A stretch of DNA of 64,000 bases from an uncultured Candidatus Saccharibacteria bacterium (GCA_964561155.1 CAZLOI010000003.1:16832-80831), one strand, 5' to 3'. Numbered from the stretch's first letter, positions 1 to 9,318 are shown. Notes: generated from the sequence alone by a model not told the origin. Numbers and translations: made by a program.

Positions 1-171
1 AACGATTCTAATTGGAATTAATACCAAGATAGCTGTAGCAAAGAACTTAAGTTCCTCATCTGTAGTTAGATTTTGGGATTGGTAACTTGAATATACATGT
101 GCAAAATATGGAACAGATATTAATATTGTAGAGATTAAACCAACTATATTTTCCTTTTCTTTGTGTGTCAT
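1..171 (-). CDS. Partial CDS (N-terminus only; continues beyond window start): hydrophobic N-terminal segment, probably a membrane protein
   Basis: ATG at complement 171..169 gives MTHKEKENIVGLISTILISVPYFAHVY..., open to the window edge. Confidence 0.25.
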   Translation of the reverse strand, partial: MTHKEKENIVGLISTILISVPYFAHVYSSYQSQNLTTDEELKFFATAILVLIPIRIV

Positions 172-303
172 ATTGATAATAATAAAATAATACTATGAAT
201 AGTAACCTAAACTATACACCGTGTCAAGTCTTCTTTACATCTACTTGAACATAATACATTCATGATATATAAATATATGTACACTACATTTTAGAAATAC
301 AAT

Positions 304-645
304 ATGGATACTCAAGGAACAGATACAAGAGTTACAAAACCAATACCTACAGTTGGGGACAAAGAAAAACAACAGCCGGAAAACCCAGAACTAGTTAATC
401 CTGAAGTGTTTTTCGCTCCCAAGGAGCTAGATTACATTAAAAGACAAACTACAGAGCTCGAGTCTGAGGAAAGAGAAGCGGTCTTAAGTTTAATTCACAA
501 TCTAAACTCCGGAACTTTCATAGAGGCAGCAAATATAATGTCTTTGGTTAGTCGATTTGGGGTTGTGAATCAGACTAGAGCTATGGAATTGTACTCAGTA
601 GCAAAAGATATAAGAATTAGATTAAAGACACCACAACTACAATAA
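304..645 (+). CDS. Hypothetical protein (113 aa), co-transcribed with the EVE-domain gene
   Basis: ORF ends TAA at 643-645 and the next ATG is at 648 (2-nt spacer); no recognisable motif. Confidence 0.45.
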   Translation: MDTQGTDTRVTKPIPTVGDKEKQQPENPELVNPEVFFAPKELDYIKRQTTELESEEREAVLSLIHNLNSGTFIEAANIMSLVSRFGVVNQTRAMELYSVAKDIRIRLKTPQLQ

Positions 646-647
646 CT

Positions 648-1061
648 ATGAACTATTGGTTAATAAAATCAGAGCCTGAGGAATATTCTTGGGACGATCT
701 CGTTAAAGATGGTAAATGTGTCTGGACTGGAATTAGAAACTATAGAGCAAGAAATAACTTGAAGTTAATGAAGGTAGGAGACCTCGCTTTCTTCTATCAT
801 AGCAATACCGGAAAAGAGATTGTAGGTATAGCCAAAGTTACAAAGGAATACTTCCAAGACCCAACTACTAAGGAAGAAGCGTGGGTGGCGGTTGAATTTG
901 AACCTGTAAAGAAAATGCATAAACCAGTTGGTTTACAAGTAGCCAAGGAAACACCTGCTCTAAAAGATATGGAACTAGTAAAGCTTTCAAGATTATCTGT
1001 ATCATCAGCTACAGATGCAGAGTTTAAGTTAATTCTTAAGATGGGTGAAACTACGCTATAG
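648..1061 (+). CDS. EVE domain (PUA-like, DUF55) protein
   Basis: MNYWLIKSEPEEYSWDDL...GIRNYRARNNLKLMKVGDLAFFYHS is the classic EVE/thymocyte-nuclear-protein-like N-terminus and core. Confidence 0.8.
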   Translation: MNYWLIKSEPEEYSWDDLVKDGKCVWTGIRNYRARNNLKLMKVGDLAFFYHSNTGKEIVGIAKVTKEYFQDPTTKEEAWVAVEFEPVKKMHKPVGLQVAKETPALKDMELVKLSRLSVSSATDAEFKLILKMGETTL

Positions 1062-1158
1062 TAAAATCATATATTGATTAAAACAACTACTCATATTATC
1101 ATCTCGTAGTTATACCAAATAAGTGATCTATTCAAACAATACAGACAAAAGACTTTAG

Positions 1159-1183
1159 GAGCCAAGTGGCTCTTTTTTTTTAT
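1159..1183 (+). terminator. Rho-independent terminator after the EVE gene
   Basis: GAGCC-aagt-GGCTC hairpin followed by T9 tat T6. Confidence 0.5.
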
Positions 1184-1199
1184 TTTTTAAATACACTAC

Positions 1200-2180
1200 A
1201 TGATTCAAGATTCAAACATTCTAGATGCAGAACAAGAACAAAAAGCTATACGAGAAGCCCTGGATGCTATGGGATTAAAGGGATACGAACTAGACCCGAA
1301 AGCTCACATAACTTTGGAAGTACTACAGTCCCTACGTGATGCTGAAGTTGTTGGTGCTCCAAAAACATGGATGACAAACAACTTTGAGAATACAAATCCG
1401 TTGCCTAACGAAGCTATTCACCCAGAGTTACTTGCAATACTTAGAAAGATAAATGATATTTCAGAAGGACAAGCAGAGGAACACATAGCTCGTATTACCG
1501 AGCTTGCGAATACGAAAGACCCTCAATTTGCTGAACCTTCGGACAATCCCGAATTAAGGAAAGAATATCAAGATCACGAATGGGACTTAATGAATCTAGT
1601 TGTTAGTGCTATTGAAGAAGATATTGTTCAAATACCTAGTGAGCAAACACTTCTTTGGATTGTACTTAGAGGAGCAAAGTTTCACCAAGCAGCCTTCGAA
1701 GAGTTTGCTTCTTGTTTAGTTGAGAATGAATCGAAGCGACTAAAGCTGAAAGATGGTATTTTTGCTATGGCACATAGATTTTCCTCTATGGCAGGTGACC
1801 TTGGAAACAGGAATATAAGGCAGGTGATCATTCCCGATGATTGCCTAAGTACAGGTATGAGTCAGGCAGAGAATATTAAAATGATTTTTGAACTGGGATT
1901 TAGACCAGAAAGAATCGTTGTTCCTGTAACAGTTGCTACAACTGATGGATTTAACCATCTAAAGAATCTTGAAAGAGAACTAAAGATAAGATTTGGAGGC
2001 GAATTAGTCGATGATTTCTGTATTCTAATTGCTACTGCTGCTACATGCGAATCTGTGAATGAAGAAATGTACCTACAAGCCCTAGATGGAAGAGCTCTCG
2101 TTGGTGATATGGGTAACTGGAACAGAGCTGTTGGTGGTGATACAGGTTTTGATTCAGAGAAGGATTCAGCTGAACAATAG
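1200..2180 (+). CDS. Hypothetical protein with C-terminal phosphoribosyltransferase (PRTase type I)-like PRPP-binding motif
   Basis: VIIPDDCLSTGMSQ matches the hydrophobic4-DD-hydrophobic-(S/T)G PRTase signature; N-terminal 170 aa have no recognisable motif. Confidence 0.45.
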   Translation: MIQDSNILDAEQEQKAIREALDAMGLKGYELDPKAHITLEVLQSLRDAEVVGAPKTWMTNNFENTNPLPNEAIHPELLAILRKINDISEGQAEEHIARITELANTKDPQFAEPSDNPELRKEYQDHEWDLMNLVVSAIEEDIVQIPSEQTLLWIVLRGAKFHQAAFEEFASCLVENESKRLKLKDGIFAMAHRFSSMAGDLGNRNIRQVIIPDDCLSTGMSQAENIKMIFELGFRPERIVVPVTVATTDGFNHLKNLERELKIRFGGELVDDFCILIATAATCESVNEEMYLQALDGRALVGDMGNWNRAVGGDTGFDSEKDSAEQ

Positions 2181-2224
2181 GAAGTTTTGATATATACTAA
2201 CGTATAGCAAATATATAAAGAAAT

Positions 2225-2848
2225 ATGCCAGAAATTGATCCAGAAAAACTAGAAATTGTTCAGGGCAGTGTATCCGATTCAGATATTGCTCCATTCCTTA
2301 TGGAAATGGCAATGGATGAATCAGCTCAATATATCTTTGGAACAAGAGATATCAAAAGGATAACGGAGTATCTGAGAGAGATGTGGGTGCACGAGAACAA
2401 CCGCATGAGCATGAAATACAGCAAGGTTATTAGATTCAAAGACAAAACTATTGGTCTTTTGACTGCGTATCCTGGTAGTCAGAACTCAAAGTTATTCCTT
2501 CCATCGTTTTTTAAGCTAGTTAGTATTCACCCAGGACTTCTTTGGTATATAAATATGCACTTGAATCATTTGTACCATGTGTTGTTTACCAAGGAAGCTG
2601 AGCTAGATGAATATTACGTATTCATGCTTGCAGTTCTTCCTGAATATAGGAATTTAAAACTTGGAACAAAGTTATTGAGTTATGCTGAATCCGAAGCAAG
2701 GAGACTAGGATACAAGAAGTGTTCTTTGCTTGTAAGGATCGCTAATGTAGCTGGTATACGTTTCTACGAAAGAAATGGCTATGTAAAGGTAAAGAAACTA
2801 CATATGAAGCCTTTTGAATCCTACAAAGTAGTTAAGGTTTTAGATTAG
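2225..2848 (+). CDS. GNAT family N-acetyltransferase
   Basis: YVFMLAVLPEYRNLKLGTKLLSYAESEARRLGYKKCSLLV...RFYERNGY acetyl-CoA binding motif A-like. Confidence 0.6.
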   Translation: MPEIDPEKLEIVQGSVSDSDIAPFLMEMAMDESAQYIFGTRDIKRITEYLREMWVHENNRMSMKYSKVIRFKDKTIGLLTAYPGSQNSKLFLPSFFKLVSIHPGLLWYINMHLNHLYHVLFTKEAELDEYYVFMLAVLPEYRNLKLGTKLLSYAESEARRLGYKKCSLLVRIANVAGIRFYERNGYVKVKKLHMKPFESYKVVKVLD

Positions 2849-3087
2849 TTACTTCTATTAACTTCATCCACTACTCTTTGTATTCTATCTCTGTAGTCTG
2901 TCATTTCTCTCTTTAATCTCTCTGTTCTATCGATAATGTCTTGCTTATATTCTCTTGCTAGCTTATCACTTGTTTCTCTTAATGCTTGTATCTCCTGCAA
3001 TCTATTTGGGGGGAAACTTGGGTTTGCAGTTGCACCTGTAATCTGAGAATTAATTTGGGATTGTATATTTGTTACTTCTGGGTCCAT
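2845..3087 (-). CDS. Small coiled-coil hypothetical protein (80 aa)
   Basis: ORF convergent with the GNAT gene; charged heptad-like C-terminal half. Confidence 0.35.
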   Translation of the reverse strand: MDPEVTNIQSQINSQITGATANPSFPPNRLQEIQALRETSDKLAREYKQDIIDRTERLKREMTDYRDRIQRVVDEVNRSN

Positions 3088-3202
3088 ATTCTATTCTTAA
3101 TAAGTATGCTCTCTATATTTTACTACACTATGCCTAATAACGAAGAATTGACGAGGCTAGGGTTAAGTAATAAGCTAATATCATACCTATTATCTTCAAC
3201 AT

Positions 3203-3469
3203 ATGGATAATTTCAAACAACAATGCCAGTCTTGCGGAATGCCACTTCAAAAAGGCAAGAAAAGCGGTACAGAAGCAGATGGATCATTGAGCAAGACCTA
3301 TTGTGTGCTTTGTTACCAAAATGGTAGCTTTATACAGCCAGATCAAACTCTCGATGAAATGAGAGTTATAGTGGACAATGCACTTAAGGAAGCTGGTTGG
3401 TGGCTCCCCTTACGATGGATGGCAAAGAGCCAGCTGCCTACTCTTGAGAGATGGAAGCCTGCTAAATAG
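3203..3469 (+). CDS. Zinc-ribbon domain small protein
   Basis: CxxC...CxxC pairs (CQSCG...CVLCY) in an 88-aa protein. Confidence 0.5.
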   Translation: MDNFKQQCQSCGMPLQKGKKSGTEADGSLSKTYCVLCYQNGSFIQPDQTLDEMRVIVDNALKEAGWWLPLRWMAKSQLPTLERWKPAK

Positions 3470-3505
3470 TAGGGTGTATAATAGATACAATCAGCATTTC
3501 ACAAT

Positions 3506-4348
3506 ATGAGTACAACTCCAAGCTTAAAACTTACAAACCTTCAGCTTTACGTTAAAGATCTAAATTCTCAGAAGGAATTCTATACAGATCTTGTTGGGCT
3601 AGGAGTTATCCAAGAATCGAATACGACTGTTAAACTAGGCACGAATACAGAAGTAGTTATTGAGCTGATTAAAGAAGATTCTTATCAGTTTCCATCAACC
3701 CGAGAAGCTGGTTTATATCATTCAGCATTTGTGTATAAAACAAGACCACAGCTAGCGGCGACGATTGCCAACATATTAGAGATTAGACCTGACCTTTATG
3801 AAGGAAGTTCAGATCACGGAGCGACAGAAGCTTTCTACTTTCATGATCTTGAGGAGAATGGCGTAGAACTGTATTTTGATAAGCCACTGTCTGAAGTATC
3901 TTTTGACGAGTCAGGTAAGCCAATCATGCGTAGTTTGTATATTAACGAACAAGCATATGTACAGACACATTCAAAAGAAACCGATACAGTTCCAGAGTTG
4001 CGAATTGGTCATATTCATTTAAGAGTTGGGAATATTGCCGAAGCAAAATCATTCTATATAACTACTCTCAAGTTTGATTTAATAATTGAAATGCCCACTG
4101 CTCTATTTGTATCTCGTGACAACTATCACCATCACTTTGGAATGAATACTTGGGAGAGCCTTGGATCAAAGAAAAGATCTGGTTCTAAATACGGACTGAA
4201 GAGTTTTAAAATAGTGTATCTAGATAAGACACTATTCAATGATGTTATTAAATCTATTCAAGAAAACAGCCACAGTATTGAGCAAATATCTGACTCCTCA
4301 TTCCTAACACTAGACCCTTGGGGCAACGAAATAGTGCTTGAATTCTGA
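3506..4348 (+). CDS. VOC/glyoxalase-family two-domain protein (extradiol dioxygenase-like fold)
   Basis: Two repeats of a glyoxalase-like module (LQLYVKDLNSQKEFY... and IGHIHLRVGNIAEAKSFY...). Confidence 0.55.
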   Translation: MSTTPSLKLTNLQLYVKDLNSQKEFYTDLVGLGVIQESNTTVKLGTNTEVVIELIKEDSYQFPSTREAGLYHSAFVYKTRPQLAATIANILEIRPDLYEGSSDHGATEAFYFHDLEENGVELYFDKPLSEVSFDESGKPIMRSLYINEQAYVQTHSKETDTVPELRIGHIHLRVGNIAEAKSFYITTLKFDLIIEMPTALFVSRDNYHHHFGMNTWESLGSKKRSGSKYGLKSFKIVYLDKTLFNDVIKSIQENSHSIEQISDSSFLTLDPWGNEIVLEF

Positions 4349-4648
4349 ATTTACTAGAATCTATATAGATGTAAAAAGCATTGTTTTAGCTCCATATAAG
4401 CGATATATAAGAGGTATAGGAATCGTATAACCCATATAGGTAACCTGTTCTGCGGATCGCAACCATAGTTATTATAGGGTAGATATGATATAATAGTTGT
4501 ATAACTTCAAAGTAGCTCTCTGCGATTAGTATTTTGGTTAATTGGTTCTCGCAGTCTATTTTGATTATTCCACACTTTTTAGTGTGAAGGGTCAAATAAC
4601 ATTAGCACGAGTTGCTCGACCGAGAATTAATTATTAACAAAAAATACT

Positions 4649-6178
4649 ATGTTCACAAAACGTAAATATCCTACGTCCGGCCACCAAAAACGGACTAGCT
4701 CTAGCGAGTTTAAGCCTAGAAGAGAAGGCTCTAGTGATAGAGGAAATACATCAAGACCTGAAAGGGATACAAGAACCTGGAGTAAATCTACAGGTAATAT
4801 TCCTGCGGGCAATAGATCAGAAGGATCTGACAGACCAAGTTACGCTGCTAGACCAAGCAGAGATGACTCAAGATCTGGAAGTTCTTTTGGATCAAGATCA
4901 AGCTATTCAGCTGACAGAGGAAGCAGAGGTTCATCTTCAAGCTCATATGGAAATAGGAGTGGAGGAAGTCGATACGGAGGCTCTAATGACAGAGGAGGTA
5001 GATCTGGAGGATTTAATCGAGGAAGATCAGGCGGAGGCAGATCTGGAGGAGGAAGGGGTAATAGATTCGAAGGTAAGAAAATTGGCCATGAGAAGTATAT
5101 TGCTAAATCTGAAACTATGGAACAAATAAACCATTATGTTCCTAGTACTTCATTTGACGCACTACCAATTGATTCTAAGATTAAGATCAATATCGCTGAA
5201 AAGGGATACACTCATCCTACAGAGATTCAAGACAAGACTATCAAGCATATTATGGCTGGAAAAGATGTTGTTGGATTGGCAGGAACAGGACAAGGTAAGA
5301 CTGCAGCATTCTTGATTCCATTGATGCAAAAAGCATTGGATAATCAAGAGACACAAGTTCTAATCATTGTTCCAACTAGAGAACTAGCTACTCAGATATA
5401 TGAAGAGTTCAGAACTTTAAATAATGGTACTTTCCTAAGGGCAGAGACTGTTATTGGAGGAGCTTCTGCATATAGACAGATTTCTGGATTAAGGAGAAAT
5501 CCTCAGTTCGTTATCGGAACCCCTGGTAGACTTAAGGATCTAGAAGACAGAAAGGTACTAAGGCTTGAAAACTTTAATACTATTGTTCTAGACGAGGTTG
5601 ATAGAATGTTGGATATGGGATTCGTTGATGAGATTAAGGCTTTGATTTCAAAGTTAAGATCAAGTAGACAGTCACTATTCTTCTCTGCAACTATGGATGG
5701 ACCTGCTGAAAAGATAGCTCACTCATTGTTACACGATCCTGTAACTATTGAAATCGCAAGAACATCACCTGCAAAGAGTGTTGATCAAGATATCATTAAG
5801 ATAGGAAGAGATGGAAGCAAGATAGACGAGTTAGTAAAGATTATTGAAAAGGAAGCTAATCAGAAGATTCTTGTGTTTACAAAAACAAAGAGAGAAGCAG
5901 ACAGAGTTTCAGACAATTTATACGACAGAGGAATCAAAGTTGAAGCAATTCACGGAGATAAGTCTCAGTATATTAGAAACAAAGTTATTTCTAAGTTTAA
6001 ACACGATGAGATTCATATTCTAATTGCAACAGACGTTGCAGCTAGAGGATTAGATATCCCTGATATAACTTTGGTTATCAACTACGATGAACCTATGACT
6101 TATGAAGACTATATTCACAGAATCGGAAGAACTGGAAGATATGGTAAGAAAGGTAAGGCTTTAACGTTTGTAGATTAA
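4649..6178 (+). CDS. DEAD-box ATP-dependent RNA helicase with about 165-aa N-terminal Arg/Ser/Gly-rich low-complexity tail
   Basis: Q motif GYTHPTEIQ, motif I AGTGQGKT, motif II DEVD (variant of DEAD), SAT, HRIGRTGR; N-terminus full of RSGG/SRGS repeats. Confidence 0.9.
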   Translation: MFTKRKYPTSGHQKRTSSSEFKPRREGSSDRGNTSRPERDTRTWSKSTGNIPAGNRSEGSDRPSYAARPSRDDSRSGSSFGSRSSYSADRGSRGSSSSSYGNRSGGSRYGGSNDRGGRSGGFNRGRSGGGRSGGGRGNRFEGKKIGHEKYIAKSETMEQINHYVPSTSFDALPIDSKIKINIAEKGYTHPTEIQDKTIKHIMAGKDVVGLAGTGQGKTAAFLIPLMQKALDNQETQVLIIVPTRELATQIYEEFRTLNNGTFLRAETVIGGASAYRQISGLRRNPQFVIGTPGRLKDLEDRKVLRLENFNTIVLDEVDRMLDMGFVDEIKALISKLRSSRQSLFFSATMDGPAEKIAHSLLHDPVTIEIARTSPAKSVDQDIIKIGRDGSKIDELVKIIEKEANQKILVFTKTKREADRVSDNLYDRGIKVEAIHGDKSQYIRNKVISKFKHDEIHILIATDVAARGLDIPDITLVINYDEPMTYEDYIHRIGRTGRYGKKGKALTFVD

Positions 6179-6199
6179 TCAACAACTATAGAGTTTAGA

Positions 6200-6226
6200 A
6201 CGCACCAGAAATGGTGCGTTTTTTTA
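6200..6226 (+). terminator. Rho-independent terminator after the helicase gene
   Basis: ACGCACC-agaaat-GGTGCGT hairpin followed by T7. Confidence 0.7.
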
Positions 6227-6232
6227 TACTTA

Positions 6233-6802
6233 ATGTATAATTCTTACATGGTAGATTACGCAGAAGTCGAAACTCAACCAAGTAGGGAAGCAATTAGGTT
6301 CTCAAAGTTGCCTAGGAAGATTGATTTACTAGATAAACATGAGGACAACTTTGTTGCTACTGCATGCATGGTTGTATCTGAAGATATGTCTAGAATGGTA
6401 ATGGTAAATAAACCTAAGTACCCAGGAAGTGATTCATATTACAGAGCTTTCGTTGGAGGAAGCAAACAAGGATCTGAATCGAGCCTGGAGAGTGCAATAC
6501 GTACATGCTTTGAAGATATTGATCTTCAAGAAGATGAAATCAAAAACATATACCCATTTCTATGTGTGAAAAAAAGTGAGGATCCACTACAATACACTAT
6601 CTACTATTGCATTGTTACAAATGGAACTCCTCCTATTGAGGCTCCTTCTTCAAAGAATATTAAGCCTGCTTGGTATTCACCCTTTGCACTTGGTAAGTTC
6701 GAAACTGAACTATTTATGCCTCACGTAACCAAGCAAATACTAGCCGGTGCAGGTGTATCATTCAACAATCCTTCTTCTAGAGCTCAAGAAAGAATATCCT
6801 AA
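6233..6802 (+). CDS. NUDIX-fold protein with degenerate NUDIX box
   Basis: FVGGSKQGSESSLESAIRTCFEDIDL aligns to GX5EX7REUXEEXGU but reads RT..ED instead of RE..EE. Confidence 0.4.
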   Translation: MYNSYMVDYAEVETQPSREAIRFSKLPRKIDLLDKHEDNFVATACMVVSEDMSRMVMVNKPKYPGSDSYYRAFVGGSKQGSESSLESAIRTCFEDIDLQEDEIKNIYPFLCVKKSEDPLQYTIYYCIVTNGTPPIEAPSSKNIKPAWYSPFALGKFETELFMPHVTKQILAGAGVSFNNPSSRAQERIS

Positions 6803-6825
6803 CTTGTGTTGTATAATACAGCACT

Positions 6826-7347
6826 ATGGATAAACTAAGACTTCCTGACAGGATACAGTTTTCAGAGGAAATTGAAAGAAACACATTTGGTTGCGTAGCT
6901 ATTATATATTGCAGAGCCACCGGAAGAGTCGTTATGTAGCACAGACAATGTCGTGATGGCAAGGTAACATTCGCTCTCCCAGGTGGGAAAAAGGCTGAAG
7001 GTGAGAAATCGAACGAGTGTATAGTTAGAGAGATCAAAGAAGAGACAGGATTAGATGTGATAGATATCTACCCATATCTTTATAGATTCGAGTTTGCTAA
7101 GGAGCCACAGCACGAAATGAAACCTGATCGCAGACATTTAGTAATTCAGTATTTTCTTGCCATAGTAGATCAAGAATCTGACCTGCAAAATACATTACCC
7201 GACGGGAAAGAATTCGATCCCAAATGGTTCTCATTCACTGATATACAAACGATTGCAGATAGTTTCCTCTTGTATAACGCTCGTAGTATGAAAGAGGCAT
7301 TTAGATACATTGGATTCAATATCCAATTAAGAGCAAGAGAAGCTTAA
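6826..7347 (+). pseudogene. NUDIX hydrolase interrupted by an in-frame TAG (6937-6939)
   Basis: ATG 6826 ...GCVAIIYCRATGRVVM-TAG-HRQCRDGKVTFALPGGKKAEGEKSNECIVREIKEETGL (canonical NUDIX box) continues in the same frame to 7347. Confidence 0.5.
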
Positions 7348-7410
7348 CTTCTCTTTTACTAAACCGCCCTTATCGCATATAATAAGTTACTAACTGTTAA
7401 AAACATAATT

Positions 7411-7875
7411 ATGTTTGGAGATCTAAACGAAGTCACAATATTGGGTAACATTACAAAAGATCCAGATTTGAGATTTACACCTAGTGGAGCAGCTGTTGTT
7501 TCATTTAGCGTTGCAACTAATAGAAGATACAAGAAAGGAGAAGAATGGGTAGATGAGCCTTCATTCCACAACGTTGTTGTTTGGAACAATGCTGAAAGTC
7601 TTGCTCAGAGAATAAGAAAGGGTACAAGAATATTAATCCAAGGAAGAGTTCAGACTAGAAGTTGGGACGGACAAGATGGAAAGAAACAATACAAAACAGA
7701 AATTGTTTCAGAGAAGATAATATTGGTATCTAGATTTGAAGGAGATACAAATGAACCTGGAAATGCAGGTGGTGGTTTCGAAAAGAAAGCAAAAGCAAAG
7801 CCTTCTGAAGATATGCCAGAGGAATCAGGTAGTGCTGCTGAAGAAGACATTGATCCATCAGATCTACCTTTTTAA
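7411..7875 (+). CDS. ssb: Single-stranded DNA-binding protein
   Basis: OB-fold SSB core (ILGNITKDPDLRFTPSGAAVVSFSVATNRRYK...VVVWN) and acidic C-terminal tail DIDPSDLPF. Confidence 0.9.
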   Translation: MFGDLNEVTILGNITKDPDLRFTPSGAAVVSFSVATNRRYKKGEEWVDEPSFHNVVVWNNAESLAQRIRKGTRILIQGRVQTRSWDGQDGKKQYKTEIVSEKIILVSRFEGDTNEPGNAGGGFEKKAKAKPSEDMPEESGSAAEEDIDPSDLPF

Positions 7876-7896
7876 TCTCCTTAAGATTTAAAGTAA

Positions 7897-7926
7897 AAGA
7901 TCCCAAGAAATTGGGATCTTTTTGTT
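7897..7926. terminator. Bidirectional rho-independent terminator between convergent ssb and the TrmH-like gene
   Basis: AAGATCCCAA-gaaa-TTGGGATCTT 10-bp perfect hairpin flanked by A-run and T-run. Confidence 0.75.
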
Positions 7927-7951
7927 ACGCGCTTGTTAGATAAAACTGGAT

Positions 7952-8458
7952 TTACTTTATCTGATAAAGTATCACTGCAAGATCATTAACGATTCCTGCA
8001 TCTGAATACTTTCTAAACTTTGTAGTTGATACGCTAAAGTCACAAGCTTTAACTGTTTCCTTAGATAAATTCTGATTCTCGTCTGTAACTACAATTAATA
8101 GGTTTTCACCTAGTTCTAGTTCCTGAATAGGTTGTGTATCATCGTTAACTGTCATTGCCAAAGATATAAATCCTTTTGGACTATAGTTTGATATTAGCTT
8201 CTTTGTACTAACACTTGTTCTAATATCAAGCTTTGTCTCAGCACTGTCTGAAAGAGCCTGTAGCTCCTTTCCAAATGGTGGTTGAGCAGTTGATCCTACA
8301 AGATATACCCTATCTACTCCGTATGCGTATGCAACTCTAAGTACCTGAGCAACATGAGTTGCACTTTGGAAGTTATCCAAAACTAATACAATCTTTGTTT
8401 CTCTTCTTTTGAGCAAATTGTTTCTAAACTCTTTCTGCCTTCCTATATATTTTTTCAT
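7952..8458 (-). CDS. SpoU/TrmH-family RNA 2'-O-methyltransferase-like protein with atypical motif II
   Basis: LVLDNFQSATHVAQVLRVAYAYGVDRVYLVG matches SPOUT motif I; motif II reads VTDENQNLS in place of GNEGxGLS. Confidence 0.5.
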   Translation of the reverse strand: MKKYIGRQKEFRNNLLKRRETKIVLVLDNFQSATHVAQVLRVAYAYGVDRVYLVGSTAQPPFGKELQALSDSAETKLDIRTSVSTKKLISNYSPKGFISLAMTVNDDTQPIQELELGENLLIVVTDENQNLSKETVKACDFSVSTTKFRKYSDAGIVNDLAVILYQIK

Positions 8459-8489
8459 TAGGTATAATCATTAAATACATCGTAATTAT

Positions 8490-9152
8490 ATGCAAAGAGT
8501 CACGAAAATCATAGTCAGTCTGGTATTATTCTCAATATTCCTAATTCTGTGTCTTGTACTCACTATAGGAGGATATACAGCTCTGCTTCTAAGAACATAC
8601 AATGTCTTTACTCAAAGAGAGGAAATAGCCCAAGTAACTATATCTGAAATGAAGGAGGATACTTTTGGAACCTATGCAGATGTGTATTTAAAGGTAGTTA
8701 AGAATGAGAATACAGCTCTTGGATATATATTTGGAGCAAAGGAAACACCAGAGGAAGAAAGAACCTTAAACGAATTCAGCTTTAAGATATATGGAGATAC
8801 CGTTCATCTTTCAGGTCCTGTTATTAAGTTCCATAATGGTTTAATCTTCATTAACTTCCAAACTATATTCAAACTTGGGCAAGTATATGGAAGGTATAAC
8901 TTTAATAATGAGAAGGAGAAGAATAGACCACTAGAGGCTTTCTCTTCGTTTGATATCAATGGTGGAATCTCTGATTGGCAGAGTGTATTTGAACTATACC
9001 AAAATGATGGTGGTTTAAGAGGTTGGTTTGTTAGAGGATTAGTTGATTCTATGCAGATATCATCAGAAGGCCAACCAATTACTTCCCAACCACAGCAATA
9101 TACTGTATTCATGACAAATGAAGGTTTTCTTTGGGTATTAGAACGGATTTAA
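8490..9152 (+). CDS. Hypothetical membrane-anchored protein (single N-terminal TM)
   Basis: Hydrophobic N-terminus IVSLVLFSIFLILCLVLTIGG followed by a soluble domain. Confidence 0.4.
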   Translation: MQRVTKIIVSLVLFSIFLILCLVLTIGGYTALLLRTYNVFTQREEIAQVTISEMKEDTFGTYADVYLKVVKNENTALGYIFGAKETPEEERTLNEFSFKIYGDTVHLSGPVIKFHNGLIFINFQTIFKLGQVYGRYNFNNEKEKNRPLEAFSSFDINGGISDWQSVFELYQNDGGLRGWFVRGLVDSMQISSEGQPITSQPQQYTVFMTNEGFLWVLERI

Positions 9153-9202
9153 CTTCCTATCGTTACAAAGTAGTCCAAACACGATATAATTCGTGAGTCT
9201 CT

Positions 9203-9274
9203 GGTGACGTGGCCAAGTGGTAAGGCGAGAGTCTGCAAAACTCTTATTCGCGGGTTCGAATCCCGCCGTTACCT
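9203..9274 (+). tRNA. tRNA-Cys (anticodon GCA), no encoded CCA
   Basis: Cloverleaf folded by hand: acceptor GGTGACG/CGTTACC, anticodon stem AGAGT/ACTCT with loop CTGCAAA, T-arm GCGGG-TTCGAAT-CCCGC. Confidence 0.85.
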
Positions 9275-9318
9275 TAATAATAACTTTAAATATCCAACTA
9301 CCCTCTACTTAATCCCTA

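Noticed and set aside
2845-3087. 80-aa protein as a double-glycine leader peptide (…INSQITGA-TANPSF…) for the C39-like peptidase
   Set aside because: It lacks the conserved Leu/Glu positions of GG-leaders, and it lies 32 kb from the peptidase with no transporter nearby.
6937-6939. In-frame TAG in the NUDIX gene as evidence for stop-codon reassignment (alternative genetic code)
   Set aside because: TAG is the terminator of several confidently identified genes here (for example the EVE gene, GNAT 2225..2848 and the 326-aa gene), and TGA and TAA are also used as stops. Reassignment is therefore unlikely. It is treated as a pseudogene or sequencing error.
7057-7347. ORF-track CDS starting at GTG 7057 as an independent small gene
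   Set aside because: It is the C-terminal part of the interrupted NUDIX reading frame that begins at 6826. The NUDIX box lies upstream of 7057 in the same frame.
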